DNA from: an uncultured delta proteobacterium
Lineage (GTDB): Bacteria; Desulfobacterota; Desulfuromonadia; Geobacterales; Pseudopelobacteraceae
Direction: 5' to 3'
Length of the DNA: 64,000 nucleotides
Assembly (NCBI GenBank): GCA_963772835.1
Contig: CAVYYZ010000005.1
Location: forward strand, 1-64,000
The notes beneath the pieces were generated by a model that was not told the origin of the DNA, did not search any database, and saw only the letters and a program-made list of their open reading frames with translations. Positions 1 through 9,515 of this stretch are shown one piece after another. The stretch's first letter is position 1, and each line of letters begins with the position of its first letter. The position numbers were made by a program, and so were the translations under genes.

Positions 1-1577
1 GGTATAATCGCCTTGAAAAATGCGTTCTTGATGAGTTCAACTACTATCTGCAGGGTGCTTGTTTCCGGATTTCCTACCGACCCCTTGATATCCACCTTTG
101 TGGCAACCTCCTGGTGCGACCTGTTTTCAAGAATCGTGGCGACCCCGCCGATCAACATCTCGTACATTCGATGGGAGACGCCCCTACCCGCATCTTTTCG
201 TCCGTCATACACTTTCATATCCTTGAAGAACGGCTTGACATAGCCGGATATGGCGCCATTTTTAATATGTAACTCTGTGACGAGGGAAAAGACCCCGGCG
301 GAAACATCAAAATCCCCGTAGGAGAGCAGGACGTCGTTCATCGCCGTCAACTTGCTTTCATCGATTTTTACGTAAAGGTCCAGATCAGAGCCCGCCTTCT
401 CCGGCCTGAAACCGGCAGTCGCCGTTGTTATCCCGCTTCCCATGAATTTCCCCGTAAGTTTTACCTGCGCAGTTCCCCGGTCTGATTGATTGGAAAAATT
501 TTGTGCATGGAGGTCGGTATCGGAAAGGAATATGCGGTACGGCTTGCGCGCAGCCTTATTCACCATCCCGATGGTGCACCCCGTTAAGTTCACCTGATCG
601 GCGGTTAACAGAATACCGGGCTGGTTAGTCAGCTCTCTGGCTTTCTTTACAGCCACTCTTGCGCGTTTCTTTTCAACGCCGGCAGTGCGCTGCGAATGAG
701 TGTAGTCGATGGTCATCCCCTGAATATCCAGGTTCTCCAGATGAGCGATTTTCACCGTTGGTGCAAACTCGGCGTCGCCGGAGGCACGGAGCAGTCCCCC
801 ATGAATGGAGAAGCTTGAGTCCGGGACAGCCGTATTGAAATAATCGACCGGTACCTTTTCCAGCGTAATTCGCCCCTTGATACCGGGAAACGGCTTGGCG
901 AGGAAATTCGCAGCGCCGTCTATACTGCCCTGTCCGGTGCCGAAAATTGCCGTATCAAGATGGAACGAGGAGGGATAGACCTTGTTCGGCAGCTTGATGT
1001 TGCGGATGTTTTTAGCCTGGAGGTTAAAGTGATTCAGTATGAGAGGCCTCTTCTGGTCCTGGCCGATATAGGTGATGTTGGCGTTGTTGATTTTCAAAGA
1101 GTTTATTTTGAGCGGATAGATATCCTCAACCGCCTGTTGCCAGCCGCGCTCCTTGAGCGAGACGGTGCTGTCCACTTCACTGCGCAGCTGCAGCAGGTCG
1201 ATGTTGATTTTCGGCTTGTCCAGCCTGAATTCGCCGACGAGCTTGCCCGCGAGGAGCCCGCTCCAGTGGATACTGGCTTTGAGAAGGGGAAAAGAGGCGA
1301 CTGGAGGGTCGGGATGGGCCTGCTGAATGACGGTCATTTCTTTCAGGGAGACGGATAGGTTCAGCAACTGGACATGCAGCGCCGGCAGTCGAACCGTATA
1401 CCCCTTCAGGTCACGATTCAACTTCTCCTCGGTTATTCTGCGCAGATGTTCATCAAGAAAAAAAGAGGCGACAAAGAGAACAACGGCAACGGCGACCGGG
1501 ATACCAAAACCCCAACGGAACGCTCTGGAGCCGAGCATTTTTTTAACTCTGGACTTTACTACTGAAACATCCGCCAT
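1..1577 (-). CDS. DUF748 / AsmA-like envelope protein (3' end runs off the window)
   Basis: Not in the ORF track. Manual translation from ATG 1577 (SD GGAGGGAG) gives MADVSVVKSRVKKMLGSRAFRWGFGIPVAVAVVLFVASFFLDEHLRRITEEKLNRDLKGYTVRL..., an N-terminal TM anchor followed by beta-rich sequence resembling DUF748. Confidence 0.7.
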   Translation of the reverse strand, partial: MADVSVVKSRVKKMLGSRAFRWGFGIPVAVAVVLFVASFFLDEHLRRITEEKLNRDLKGYTVRLPALHVQLLNLSVSLKEMTVIQQAHPDPPVASFPLLKASIHWSGLLAGKLVGEFRLDKPKINIDLLQLRSEVDSTVSLKERGWQQAVEDIYPLKINSLKINNANITYIGQDQKRPLILNHFNLQAKNIRNIKLPNKVYPSSFHLDTAIFGTGQGSIDGAANFLAKPFPGIKGRITLEKVPVDYFNTAVPDSSFSIHGGLLRASGDAEFAPTVKIAHLENLDIQGMTIDYTHSQRTAGVEKKRARVAVKKARELTNQPGILLTADQVNLTGCTIGMVNKAARKPYRIFLSDTDLHAQNFSNQSDRGTAQVKLTGKFMGSGITTATAGFRPEKAGSDLDLYVKIDESKLTAMNDVLLSYGDFDVSAGVFSLVTELHIKNGAISGYVKPFFKDMKVYDGRKDAGRGVSHRMYEMLIGGVATILENRSHQEVATKVDIKGSVGNPETSTLQIVVELIKNAFFKAII

Positions 1578-1636
1578 AGCGACTCTCCCTCCTGCAGAAG
1601 ACAGACCCCGTCATCTTCTGCTATGGAAAATACTTC

Positions 1637-1771
1637 GCAACTAATGTGCCAGAGAAAAAATGCGGACATGCTGCATGTAACATTCTAATATTAATGGGTA
1701 TAATTGTTAAGGCTGAACGGAAGCCCGCCAGGCTGATCCGTCGCACCTGGCAATACTGTCATATGTGACGG
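1637..1771 (-). promoter_or_regulatory. sigma54 promoter cassette for the DUF748 gene
   Basis: -24/-12 TGGCAC-ATTAG-TTGC at 1651..1637; IHF-like site 1678-1690; palindromes CCGTCGCACCTGGCAA 1738-1753 and CTGTCATATGTGACGG 1756-1771. Confidence 0.85.
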
Positions 1772-1799
1772 ATCAGGTTCCGTTGCAGCGGTTACACAC

Positions 1800-2015
1800 T
1801 CATTTTACCGAATTCTTGATATTTTCTCCGGTTTTTTCGATACCTTCGCCGGTTTTTTTGATCGCTTTATCAAACTGGCTACCGGCCTTTTCTGCTGATT
1901 TGTCTATCTCCTTGCCGGCCCGCTCCATAGGCCCTTCTTTTTTGCAGCCGGAGATACCGGCTATCAGGATGGCCAACACCAGTGCTGCAATTACATTCCT
2001 GCCGATTTTCGTCAT
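1800..2015 (-). CDS. small lipoprotein with amphipathic Lys/Glu/Ala repeats
   Basis: Lipobox ISGC, SD AAGGAG, tail KKEGPMERAGKEIDKSAEKAG. Confidence 0.8.
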   Translation of the reverse strand: MTKIGRNVIAALVLAILIAGISGCKKEGPMERAGKEIDKSAEKAGSQFDKAIKKTGEGIEKTGENIKNSVK

Positions 2016-2268
2016 GTTGAATCTCCTTTGAATTTAGTGCGTTGAAACGACGCATGTCCCGATCCCGCGATGTACGCGAGCATCCTGTCTTTGTTTCGCC
2101 AGCCACACCGTACCTTTATGCAGCACGTAACTTCTTCACGACGTTCTGGTGAAAGCCCCCCATCCGTGAGCCGATGATTTGAAGGTCAAGCTGCTGATGA
2201 TGAAGCTATGTCTGTTGTTTTCCATGGAGTATCTTTTATTGCGGCTGCCTTTCTCAGGATGGATATGT

Positions 2269-4743
2269 TCAGAGTTTTTCGACAGCCTGGCGTGTCTTCT
2301 CCACGATCTCTGCCGGTTCCTCGTAACGAAAGATCAGTGGTTCTCCGAAAGTTACCGTCACCGTGCCCCTTTTGGGAAAATGAGCTTCGTGAGGAAGTAC
2401 CTGATCAGTGCCGCGGACTCTGATCGGTACGACCGGAATCCCCAACTCTTTGACCATCAGACCGAGTCCCATCTGGAAGGGCAGCATGTTGCCGTCCAGA
2501 GAATGCTCCCCTTCCGGGAAGATCAGGATGTTAATGCCTGCATCGGCGAGCTTTCCCATGTATGTGAGCGAACCGCTGAATCCCTGTGACTGGGGCAGGG
2601 GGAAAAGGTTGAACAGCACGCTGCCGTACTCGAAGCTTAGGCGCCTCAAAATTTTATCGACCCCATGGTAATCACCGAAGAAGAACTCTTCCCAGGCTGC
2701 AGTAGCGGTAACAGCGCGAATTTTGTGCGGGAGTGCGAACATGACGGCAGGCTGGTCCAGGTAGGAGAGATGATTAGCCACAAAAAATACCGGGCCGGAG
2801 AGATTATTCAGGTTGTCTTCTCCCTGAATTTCAAGAGAAACGAAGTGTCTGAAGAGCGGCCCATGAAGCAATGTATCCCCGACTGTTCGCACCCACTTGA
2901 AGAAGCTTGCGTTGGTCCAGAAGCGGAAATGGTCATGATGAACCTGATTTTCCCGTTTTGCGATGATCTGGCGAAGATCCGCAACTTTCGTCTGCGGTCC
3001 GATCTGCGAGTCCTCAATATCCATCCGGAATTCCTGCTCAAGGTAATTTACCAGTTCGACCCGGTCGATGGAGGTAAGCCCCAGGTCGGCCACCAGCAGC
3101 GATTCTTCGCGGATCTCTGCAGCGCCGGTTCCAGTTACCTTGGCGATAAGATTGATCAGGTTGTCCCGGCTTACGGTTGCAGCGCCTTTTTCCGGTCCTT
3201 TCTTAACCTCCTCCTTGACCGCGAACTTTTTTATTTTGAGTGTCGTGGTTTTGGGGAATTCGGGCTCGCTCCAGAGGGAGTGACTGGTAATCTGGTGCAG
3301 CGAATCAAGACTCTTGTTCGCCTGAGCGATGATTTCTTCCGGAGCTTTGCCGCTTCCATCCAGCAGCAGCACTGCGTGCACCTCTTCCCCTCCACCCTTC
3401 TCGACGCCGATGACGCATGATTCTTTGACCCCGGCGATCCTGTTCAGGACCGCTTCCAATTCGTCTGGATACACGTTGACTCCAGAGCCGGTGACGATCA
3501 GCTCCTTTTCCCTTCCCTTGATTACCAGCCAGCCATCCTGGTCGATCTCTCCAAGATCGCCGGTCCGGAACCAGCCGTCTTCGCTAAAAGCCTCGCAAGT
3601 TGCCTGCTCGTTCTCGTAATATCCGGGAAAAACGTTGTCCCCGCGCACCAGAACCTCCTTCTCTGCAATCTTGAGCTGAACCCCGGGCAGAGGAGGGCCG
3701 ACCGAACCTGCCACCTGACGCTCCATTGTGTTGACGCAGAGCACCGGCGAGGTTTCGGTGAGACCATAACCTTCCAGAACCGTAAATCCCATACTGCTCC
3801 AGAAATTGAAAACCTCCGGATCAAGAGGAGCGCCGCCTGATACAAAAGCGGTAAAGTTGTGACCGAATGTGCGCTGTACCGGGAAAAAAAGTATCCGCCT
3901 CACCCTTTTCGGAAGTGTTGCCGCCAGCGCAGCCATACTACGGAACAGACCGGAGAGGTGTTTTTCCTCAAGTTCCCTTTCGATGGTTGTTTTAAGCAGC
4001 TGCATGAGACGGGGAACGGACATGATGATATAAATGTCCTCCTCGCCCAGCGCTTCCATGATTGCGGAAGGTTTCAGGGTTCGCAGATAGACGATGGATG
4101 CGCCGCGATAGAACGGGGTAAAAAAACCCCCCATCTGTTCAAACATGTGGGAAAGAGGCAACAGTGAGAGGAAGTTGAAGTCGGAGGTGATAATCGGTAC
4201 GGCCCGGTTTATCTGGGTCATATTGGCAACCAGATTCCTGTGGGTAAGGATGACCCCTTTGGGGTTGCCGGTGGTGCCTGACGTATAGATGAGTTGTGCG
4301 GTATCATCCGGAACTGCCGATACAAGCTCGCCGATTGGCGGAATGTCTTCAAGCAGGTATTGAAGGTCTTCCAGAAACAGCAGGATGCCTTCGGAGATCA
4401 GTTCAGATTTGAAGCGGCTCTGCAGGACAATTTTGGCTTTCGTGAGTGTGCGGATTCCATCCGCACGGGCCAGATCGGACATGAAGTCCACCGGTACTGC
4501 TACCGCGCCACGGATGATGATGCCCCAATAGGCGATCGCCCACCATGAAGAGTTGGGGCCCCAGACAAGAACCCTGTCGCCCGGCCCCACGCCGTTTTGA
4601 TCCAGCAGATTGGCCATTTTCAGAGCAAGATCGTGGAATTGCTTATATGAAACCACGTGCCGTCGTACGCCGGTGCGGTTTACACATGCAGTTTTGTCGC
4701 CCAGCGCTTCGAACGTAGTGAAAAGGTCAATCAAAGTCTGCAT
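2269..4743 (-). CDS. long-chain fatty acid AMP-ligase + acyl carrier domain + PlsC-type acyltransferase fusion
   Basis: YTSGTTGNPKG, GYGLTE and WFRTGDLG adenylation motifs; DLGLTSIDRVEL carrier motif; NHLSYLD and FPEG acyltransferase motifs. Confidence 0.9.
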   Translation of the reverse strand: MQTLIDLFTTFEALGDKTACVNRTGVRRHVVSYKQFHDLALKMANLLDQNGVGPGDRVLVWGPNSSWWAIAYWGIIIRGAVAVPVDFMSDLARADGIRTLTKAKIVLQSRFKSELISEGILLFLEDLQYLLEDIPPIGELVSAVPDDTAQLIYTSGTTGNPKGVILTHRNLVANMTQINRAVPIITSDFNFLSLLPLSHMFEQMGGFFTPFYRGASIVYLRTLKPSAIMEALGEEDIYIIMSVPRLMQLLKTTIERELEEKHLSGLFRSMAALAATLPKRVRRILFFPVQRTFGHNFTAFVSGGAPLDPEVFNFWSSMGFTVLEGYGLTETSPVLCVNTMERQVAGSVGPPLPGVQLKIAEKEVLVRGDNVFPGYYENEQATCEAFSEDGWFRTGDLGEIDQDGWLVIKGREKELIVTGSGVNVYPDELEAVLNRIAGVKESCVIGVEKGGGEEVHAVLLLDGSGKAPEEIIAQANKSLDSLHQITSHSLWSEPEFPKTTTLKIKKFAVKEEVKKGPEKGAATVSRDNLINLIAKVTGTGAAEIREESLLVADLGLTSIDRVELVNYLEQEFRMDIEDSQIGPQTKVADLRQIIAKRENQVHHDHFRFWTNASFFKWVRTVGDTLLHGPLFRHFVSLEIQGEDNLNNLSGPVFFVANHLSYLDQPAVMFALPHKIRAVTATAAWEEFFFGDYHGVDKILRRLSFEYGSVLFNLFPLPQSQGFSGSLTYMGKLADAGINILIFPEGEHSLDGNMLPFQMGLGLMVKELGIPVVPIRVRGTDQVLPHEAHFPKRGTVTVTFGEPLIFRYEEPAEIVEKTRQAVEKL

Positions 4744-4777
4744 AGGGTCCCCACTTTCACACTCCGGGCCGACGAGC

Positions 4778-5065
4778 TCATGTAATCTTCACGATCGTGT
4801 CATGCAGGATACTCCTGACTTCACCCCAGATACTCTCGGTACCTGCTTTGAGCTCTTCCCACTCATCATCGCCGGCGATCGATATACCCTGCAGTTTCTC
4901 CGCAGCTTCATTCCGCTTGAGCTTCAAGGCCGCTATGGCATTCGAATAATCAACCGGAATCTCGGGAGTGCTGCTCTCCACCCTGTCCTTGAGCCGATCG
5001 ATCTGGTTATCCCAGTCAACCATCTGTGCGGAGAGTTTTTCGACGTACTCGGTTCTTCCATTCAT
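4778..5065 (-). CDS. small coiled-coil stress protein (sll1863-like), paralog of 33719..34006
   Basis: EYVEKLSAQMVDWDNQIDRLK...WEELKAGTE pattern; SD GGAGG. Confidence 0.75.
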   Translation of the reverse strand: MNGRTEYVEKLSAQMVDWDNQIDRLKDRVESSTPEIPVDYSNAIAALKLKRNEAAEKLQGISIAGDDEWEELKAGTESIWGEVRSILHDTIVKIT

Positions 5066-5175
5066 GACGACAGCCTCCGTTCTATGAAATAAAGCGGGAT
5101 AAAATCCTGATACTCTTCATGCCCGCGTCTGCAGGAACGAAGAGTTTCAGGACGTAATGAACATGCCGGAGCTGA

Positions 5176-6087
5176 CTAATCGCGTCCCCGCCCCTGACCT
5201 CGTTCTTCTTCTCTATCCTGCCCGCGGCCCCGGTTCGAATCCTGAGGTTCTCCCCTCCCCTGCGGTCTCTGTTCGTGAACATTCGGTCGGGGTGCCTGCT
5301 GGCCTCGCTGTTCTGCCCCCGGCTGCTGCCTTTGCCCCTGAACTGCCGGAGCGTGCTGCTGAGGCGGCTGCATCCGTGGATCAGCCGGAGCGCCCTGCTG
5401 ATGCGGAGCTGAACGTTGTGGTTCTATCTGCCTTTGATTGCCCGCAGGACGAGCTTCCTGCCTTCCCCGCTGTGCGGGTGCCGGCGCTGCCTGCTGCCGG
5501 ATGTGCTGGCGGACTACCTCGTCACGCGGCTGGTAGCGGTAACTCTGGTTGCGGAGTGTATGCTGCTGCTCTACCCGCTGGGGATACCTGTCCCCTGTAT
5601 AGTTACGCTGATAGGAAGGACGCGGCGCACGCGCCGGAACTGAAGCGCGGTTCCATTGATTCCACCCACCTCGACGCTGTTCCCATTCACGCCCCCAATG
5701 CTGACCCCAGCGCGGCGGTGCATTCGACCGCCAGCCACGAAAGTATTCAGGAGGCTGTTGGTAGTAGCGGACGGGTATGCGCAGGACGTACAGCGGGACA
5801 GCATATGGTTCCACAAGCGCCCAGGGTCCATTGTACCAGGTACTCGCATACCAGTTATCATCCTGATAGACCCAGTACATGCCATCGTAAAAGAAATAGT
5901 TGCCATCCACCTGCGGGGCATAATAGACCGGATAGCCCGGCACCGGAGCCAGTACCGGATATACCGGCAGATTGATCCCGATGCTCAGATTAGGGAGCCC
6001 GATACCGATGCTTATACCGGCTGAGGCAGAATTAGCCAGGCTCACCAACATCCAGAATACAATTAATCCAAAACCTATTTTTCGCAT
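5176..6087 (-). CDS. exported Tyr/Trp/Pro-rich protein (YXWGXW-like) with disordered Gln/Arg tail
   Basis: Signal peptide ...ANSASA; YFFYDGMYWVYQDDNWYASTWYNGPW; low-complexity C-terminus. Confidence 0.75.
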   Translation of the reverse strand: MRKIGFGLIVFWMLVSLANSASAGISIGIGLPNLSIGINLPVYPVLAPVPGYPVYYAPQVDGNYFFYDGMYWVYQDDNWYASTWYNGPWALVEPYAVPLYVLRIPVRYYQQPPEYFRGWRSNAPPRWGQHWGREWEQRRGGWNQWNRASVPARAPRPSYQRNYTGDRYPQRVEQQHTLRNQSYRYQPRDEVVRQHIRQQAAPAPAQRGRQEARPAGNQRQIEPQRSAPHQQGAPADPRMQPPQQHAPAVQGQRQQPGAEQRGQQAPRPNVHEQRPQGRGEPQDSNRGRGQDREEERGQGRGRD

Positions 6088-6135
6088 GTTAATTCTCCAT
6101 TCAGATAACAGACTCGAAATTCAGACGCCGTAAAA

Positions 6136-6453
6136 TTAGTGACCGCGCCGGCCTTCATCATGGCCACGGCCCTCATCATCATGACCACGGCCCTTGTTAT
6201 GCTTCTCTTTTTTATATTTTTTGCCATGGTGTTTCTTTTCCATATACACCCGGCGATCCCTTTCCACATAGTACGGACGGCCTCTGTCGCTCTGAACGTA
6301 TACGTTCGCCGGTGCCGGCTGATAGTCACTGAAGCTGAAATTCAGATTGGGTGCTCCCACCTGCACGGAAACGGCGGCCCCGGCTTCATGTATGCCGAAG
6401 GTCATGACGACCGCTGACAGTGCCAGCATTGAAAGAATTGATTTTGTTCTCAT
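6136..6453 (-). CDS. small exported protein with His/Lys/Gly-rich tail
   Basis: Start moved to MRTKSILS (SD GGGAG); signal peptide; tail KKHHGKK...GRGHDDEGRGHDEGRRGH. Confidence 0.7.
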   Translation of the reverse strand: MRTKSILSMLALSAVVMTFGIHEAGAAVSVQVGAPNLNFSFSDYQPAPANVYVQSDRGRPYYVERDRRVYMEKKHHGKKYKKEKHNKGRGHDDEGRGHDEGRRGH

Positions 6454-6519
6454 TTCATCTCCCTGTTCACCTGTAGTATTTTTGTTACACACCTGATGAC
6501 TTGGCTCAGACATACTATT

Positions 6520-6663
6520 ACAACTTTAGTGCCAAGAGCTGTCTTCAAATCATTGGGCATAATGTGCCGATTTTATTAATTATATTTATACCAAAATTTT
6601 AGAGATGTTGGAAATTCCGCAAAAAGAACCGTCACATCCCGCAAAAACCGTCATATACGGCGG
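6520..6663 (-). promoter_or_regulatory. sigma54 promoter cassette for the operon starting at 6453
   Basis: TGGCAC-TAAAG-TTGT at 6534..6520; IHF-like site 6560-6572; palindromes 6629-6644 and CCGTCATATACGGCGG 6648-6663. Confidence 0.8.
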
Positions 6664-6708
6664 GCTGTGATGCGATCCTGCTTCTCTCCACGGTACATAT
6701 GAGCAAGA

Positions 6709-6740
6709 CAAGGGGGTAACCATATTCGGTTACCCCCTTG
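6709..6740 (-). terminator. hairpin terminator after the beta-barrel gene
   Basis: Perfect 13-bp stem CAAGGGGGTAACC/GGTTACCCCCTTG. Confidence 0.7.
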
Positions 6741-6786
6741 TGCCTGGCTGCAGCGTCAGGCTTTGTACCTGAGAGTTGTTACACGA

Positions 6787-7383
6787 TCAGTTGAAAAAAT
6801 AGCGGAGTCCGACAGTTGTAGAAAAGCTGGAGGGATCGAAATATCCTGAGTGGGCACCGTTCCATCGATCGGTTATCCTGACTTCGGGTGCGGCTACCAG
6901 TTTTGCTTCTGCCGTCAGCACCAGATTTTTTTGAAGGAAATAATCAATTCCGCCGCTGACGTGGCCCCCTGCCGTCGTGTCGACGTCGCGACCTGTCCCG
7001 TCATAGGGGTCATAGTCACTGGCAAGGAGGTCAATTCCGAACCCCGCGTAGGGGACCAGCTGCCGCCGGGAAAGTGCAAAACGGTACTGAGCGCCGAGTG
7101 AAAGGTTGGTAACGCCGAAATCTCCTGTTTCAGAGCCGAAATCCGTCCGGGTAACATTCATCTCTATGGCTATGTGATCATCGAAGCCGTAGATGATACC
7201 ACCACCGGCAATAAAGCCTTCATCGGTCCTGTTGTGGTAAAAATCCGAGTTATTATCGGCCGGGCTTATAAAACCTATGTTACCGGTAACTCCGAGTCTT
7301 CCTTTGATGCTGTCGGCCATGGCCGTGCCTGCGGTCAAAGAAACAGTTGTTGCGAAACATGCTAATACAATGAGTTTTCTCAT
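6787..7383 (-). CDS. outer-membrane beta-barrel (OmpW/OmpA-N-like)
   Basis: Signal peptide, LVPYAGFG motif, alternating hydrophobic strands, C-terminal VGLRYFFN. Confidence 0.85.
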   Translation of the reverse strand: MRKLIVLACFATTVSLTAGTAMADSIKGRLGVTGNIGFISPADNNSDFYHNRTDEGFIAGGGIIYGFDDHIAIEMNVTRTDFGSETGDFGVTNLSLGAQYRFALSRRQLVPYAGFGIDLLASDYDPYDGTGRDVDTTAGGHVSGGIDYFLQKNLVLTAEAKLVAAPEVRITDRWNGAHSGYFDPSSFSTTVGLRYFFN

Positions 7384-7433
7384 TGTTTGATTCTCCTTTT
7401 TTGGTCACTGTGATCAGGCGTTATTACAAATCA

Positions 7434-7473
7434 GCGGGATCTTCACGTATTTTTCAATTCCGGAAGATCCCGC
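7434..7473. promoter_or_regulatory. intercistronic stem-loop, homologous to 12289..12322
   Basis: GCGGGATCTTC...GAAGATCCCGC between the ice-binding gene and the beta-barrel gene. Confidence 0.55.
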
Positions 7474-7506
7474 ATGTTCAGCTTGCAAACCGATTAGTTA
7501 TTACGT

Positions 7507-9414
7507 TTATGGTGCTTTTGTAACGGCATCGGCAATCAGGGTAACCCGATCTGTTAACGCAAACAATCTGCCTGTTACGTTGGCGCCAGCGAGCACATTT
7601 ACCTGTGTCGCTGCAAATACGTTCCCGTAAAAGGTTGTGCCGCCTGCAATTGTCGTGATTCCTGCCGACCTGAAATAAACGTTCTTTGCCAATGCTCCAT
7701 TTTTGAGGATGATGCTGCCGCTGGCTCCGGTGGTAAGGGTGCCGTCTATTGAAAAAATAAATACCGCGGTTGGATCGCCCTGTGCGTCAAGGGTGAGTGG
7801 GCCTGTTGTTATGCCGACATTGGCAGAGGTTTTAAAAACACCCCGGTTAAGCACAAGTGTACCCAGCTCGATTGGGCAGACCTGAGTCGGCGCACCCGGA
7901 TTCGGGTCGGCAGCAAGGAAGGTATTTGCATTTCCCAAGTCGGTTCTGACCTGGTTTATAAACGCGGTTGTAGATGCATACGGTGAAGGGATCAAGAATG
8001 GAGGCATATCGTCATAAGCATATGACAAACCATTTGTGAGCTGATCATATTGTCCCGGGCCTACACCTGTCGTAAACCCTGCAAAAAACGTACGAGCCCA
8101 ATCGAGTATACCAATATCTCCGTTGCTGATTGCGGTAGTACCGGTTGTCGTGATTGCCTTGCTGGCAAGAATCACGAATCTGGCTGTCTCGCCAAGGGTT
8201 GGTGCAGTAGGGTTTGCTATCGCTGTTGAAACGGATACAGTTACGAGATAATCCACAAATGAGTTGTCTGCAGCGGAAACCCTGTAGGTCACTGGATTTG
8301 TGAAGTTATTCGTTGTGGTACCGTTTATCTGAGTTACGGCACCGACCTTGACGCCGGTTCCTGTCGTGGTAAATGTTGCAATCAAAGCCGATACGTCTGT
8401 CCCGCTTGGCAGCGTTACTGCGATCGTCTTTGCACCTTCATTTATGATTCCCGTGGTCCCGGCAAAGGAGAATGCGGTCATAACCTTGTCAGAGACAGCA
8501 GCCACGGATACCGTTACGAGATAATCTACAAATGAGTTGTCTGCAGCGGTTACCCTGTAGGTCACTGTATTTGTGAAGTTATTCGTTGTGGTACCGCTTA
8601 TCTGAGCCACAGTGCCGACCTTGACACCGCTTCCTGTCGTGGTAAATGTCGCAATCAAAGCCGATACGTTTGTCCCGCTTGGCAGCGTTACTGCGATCGT
8701 CTTTGCCCCTTCATTTATGGTTCCCGGAGCTCCGGCAACTGAATACGCAGTAATAGCCTTGGCAGAGGCCACTGCCACCGTTACCGTTACCGTATATGTC
8801 TCTGATGAGTTATCGCCGGCTGTTACCGTGTATATCAGTGGGACGACAGTGAAGTTGTTTACAGTTGTTCCGCTGGTCTGAACCACTGCTCCTACTTTCA
8901 CGCTTTTCCCGGTCGTCGTAAATGTCGCAATGAGGGCTGAACGGTTTGTACCGTTCGGCACCGTTACTGCAATCGTCTTTGCCGCTTCATTTACCGAACC
9001 GGCGACCCCTGCAAGCGTATAACTGCTGATGGCCTTGGCAGTGACCGCAGCGACGGTTACGTTCACCGTATATGTCGCAGTGGTACTGTCGGCAGCGGTA
9101 ACGATGTATGCAACGGGGGCGGTGAAGTTATTCGCCGTTGTGCCACTTGTCTGCAGCACCGTACCAACCTTCGTGTCTGCCCCTGTGGTCGTGAATGTGG
9201 CCTTCAGGGCCGTAATGTTTGTCCCGTACGGCATGGTTACTGCGATTGTCTTGGCAGTTTCATTTATGGTCCCTGTCGCCCCGGTAAGTGAATACGCGGT
9301 AATAGCCTTGGTTGAGCTCGGGAGCCCGGGATTATTATTTCCACAGCCGGCCGCAAAAACGACGAGGAGAACTGCCAGAATCCACATCTTTGAAAATCCT
9401 TTGTATTTGTTCAT
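7507..9414 (-). CDS. lipoprotein with 4 tandem Ig-like repeats and C-terminal DUF3494 ice-binding-like domain
   Basis: Start MNKYKGFSK (SD GGAGGGG); lipobox AAGC; four ~91-aa repeats; FVILASKAIT, LTLDAQGDPTAVFIFSI, ALAKNVYF and VTGRLFA motifs. Confidence 0.9.
   Translation of the reverse strand: MNKYKGFSKMWILAVLLVVFAAGCGNNNPGLPSSTKAITAYSLTGATGTINETAKTIAVTMPYGTNITALKATFTTTGADTKVGTVLQTSGTTANNFTAPVAYIVTAADSTTATYTVNVTVAAVTAKAISSYTLAGVAGSVNEAAKTIAVTVPNGTNRSALIATFTTTGKSVKVGAVVQTSGTTVNNFTVVPLIYTVTAGDNSSETYTVTVTVAVASAKAITAYSVAGAPGTINEGAKTIAVTLPSGTNVSALIATFTTTGSGVKVGTVAQISGTTTNNFTNTVTYRVTAADNSFVDYLVTVSVAAVSDKVMTAFSFAGTTGIINEGAKTIAVTLPSGTDVSALIATFTTTGTGVKVGAVTQINGTTTNNFTNPVTYRVSAADNSFVDYLVTVSVSTAIANPTAPTLGETARFVILASKAITTTGTTAISNGDIGILDWARTFFAGFTTGVGPGQYDQLTNGLSYAYDDMPPFLIPSPYASTTAFINQVRTDLGNANTFLAADPNPGAPTQVCPIELGTLVLNRGVFKTSANVGITTGPLTLDAQGDPTAVFIFSIDGTLTTGASGSIILKNGALAKNVYFRSAGITTIAGGTTFYGNVFAATQVNVLAGANVTGRLFALTDRVTLIADAVTKAP
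8231..9320 (-). repeat. 4 x ~273-bp intragenic repeats encoding Ig-like stalk domains
   Basis: Unit KxITAYS..GTINExAKTIAVTxPxGT..ALIATFTTTG..VKVG..NNFT..YxVTAAD; the last two units (from 8231 and 8504) are closely similar at DNA level. Confidence 0.9.
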
Positions 9415-9515
9415 ATCTGTCCCCTCCCTGGAGACTTTTGTTATTCTGAGATACCCCTGTAACGACTGACACAATTGTCTGCCGCTTCCTGCATGATGAA
9501 CTGACTGAACCCGCG

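Noticed and set aside
5157..5975. 272-aa plus-strand ORF (also 2665..3420, 39421..40287 and similar)
   Set aside because: These are antisense shadows of well-supported minus-strand genes.
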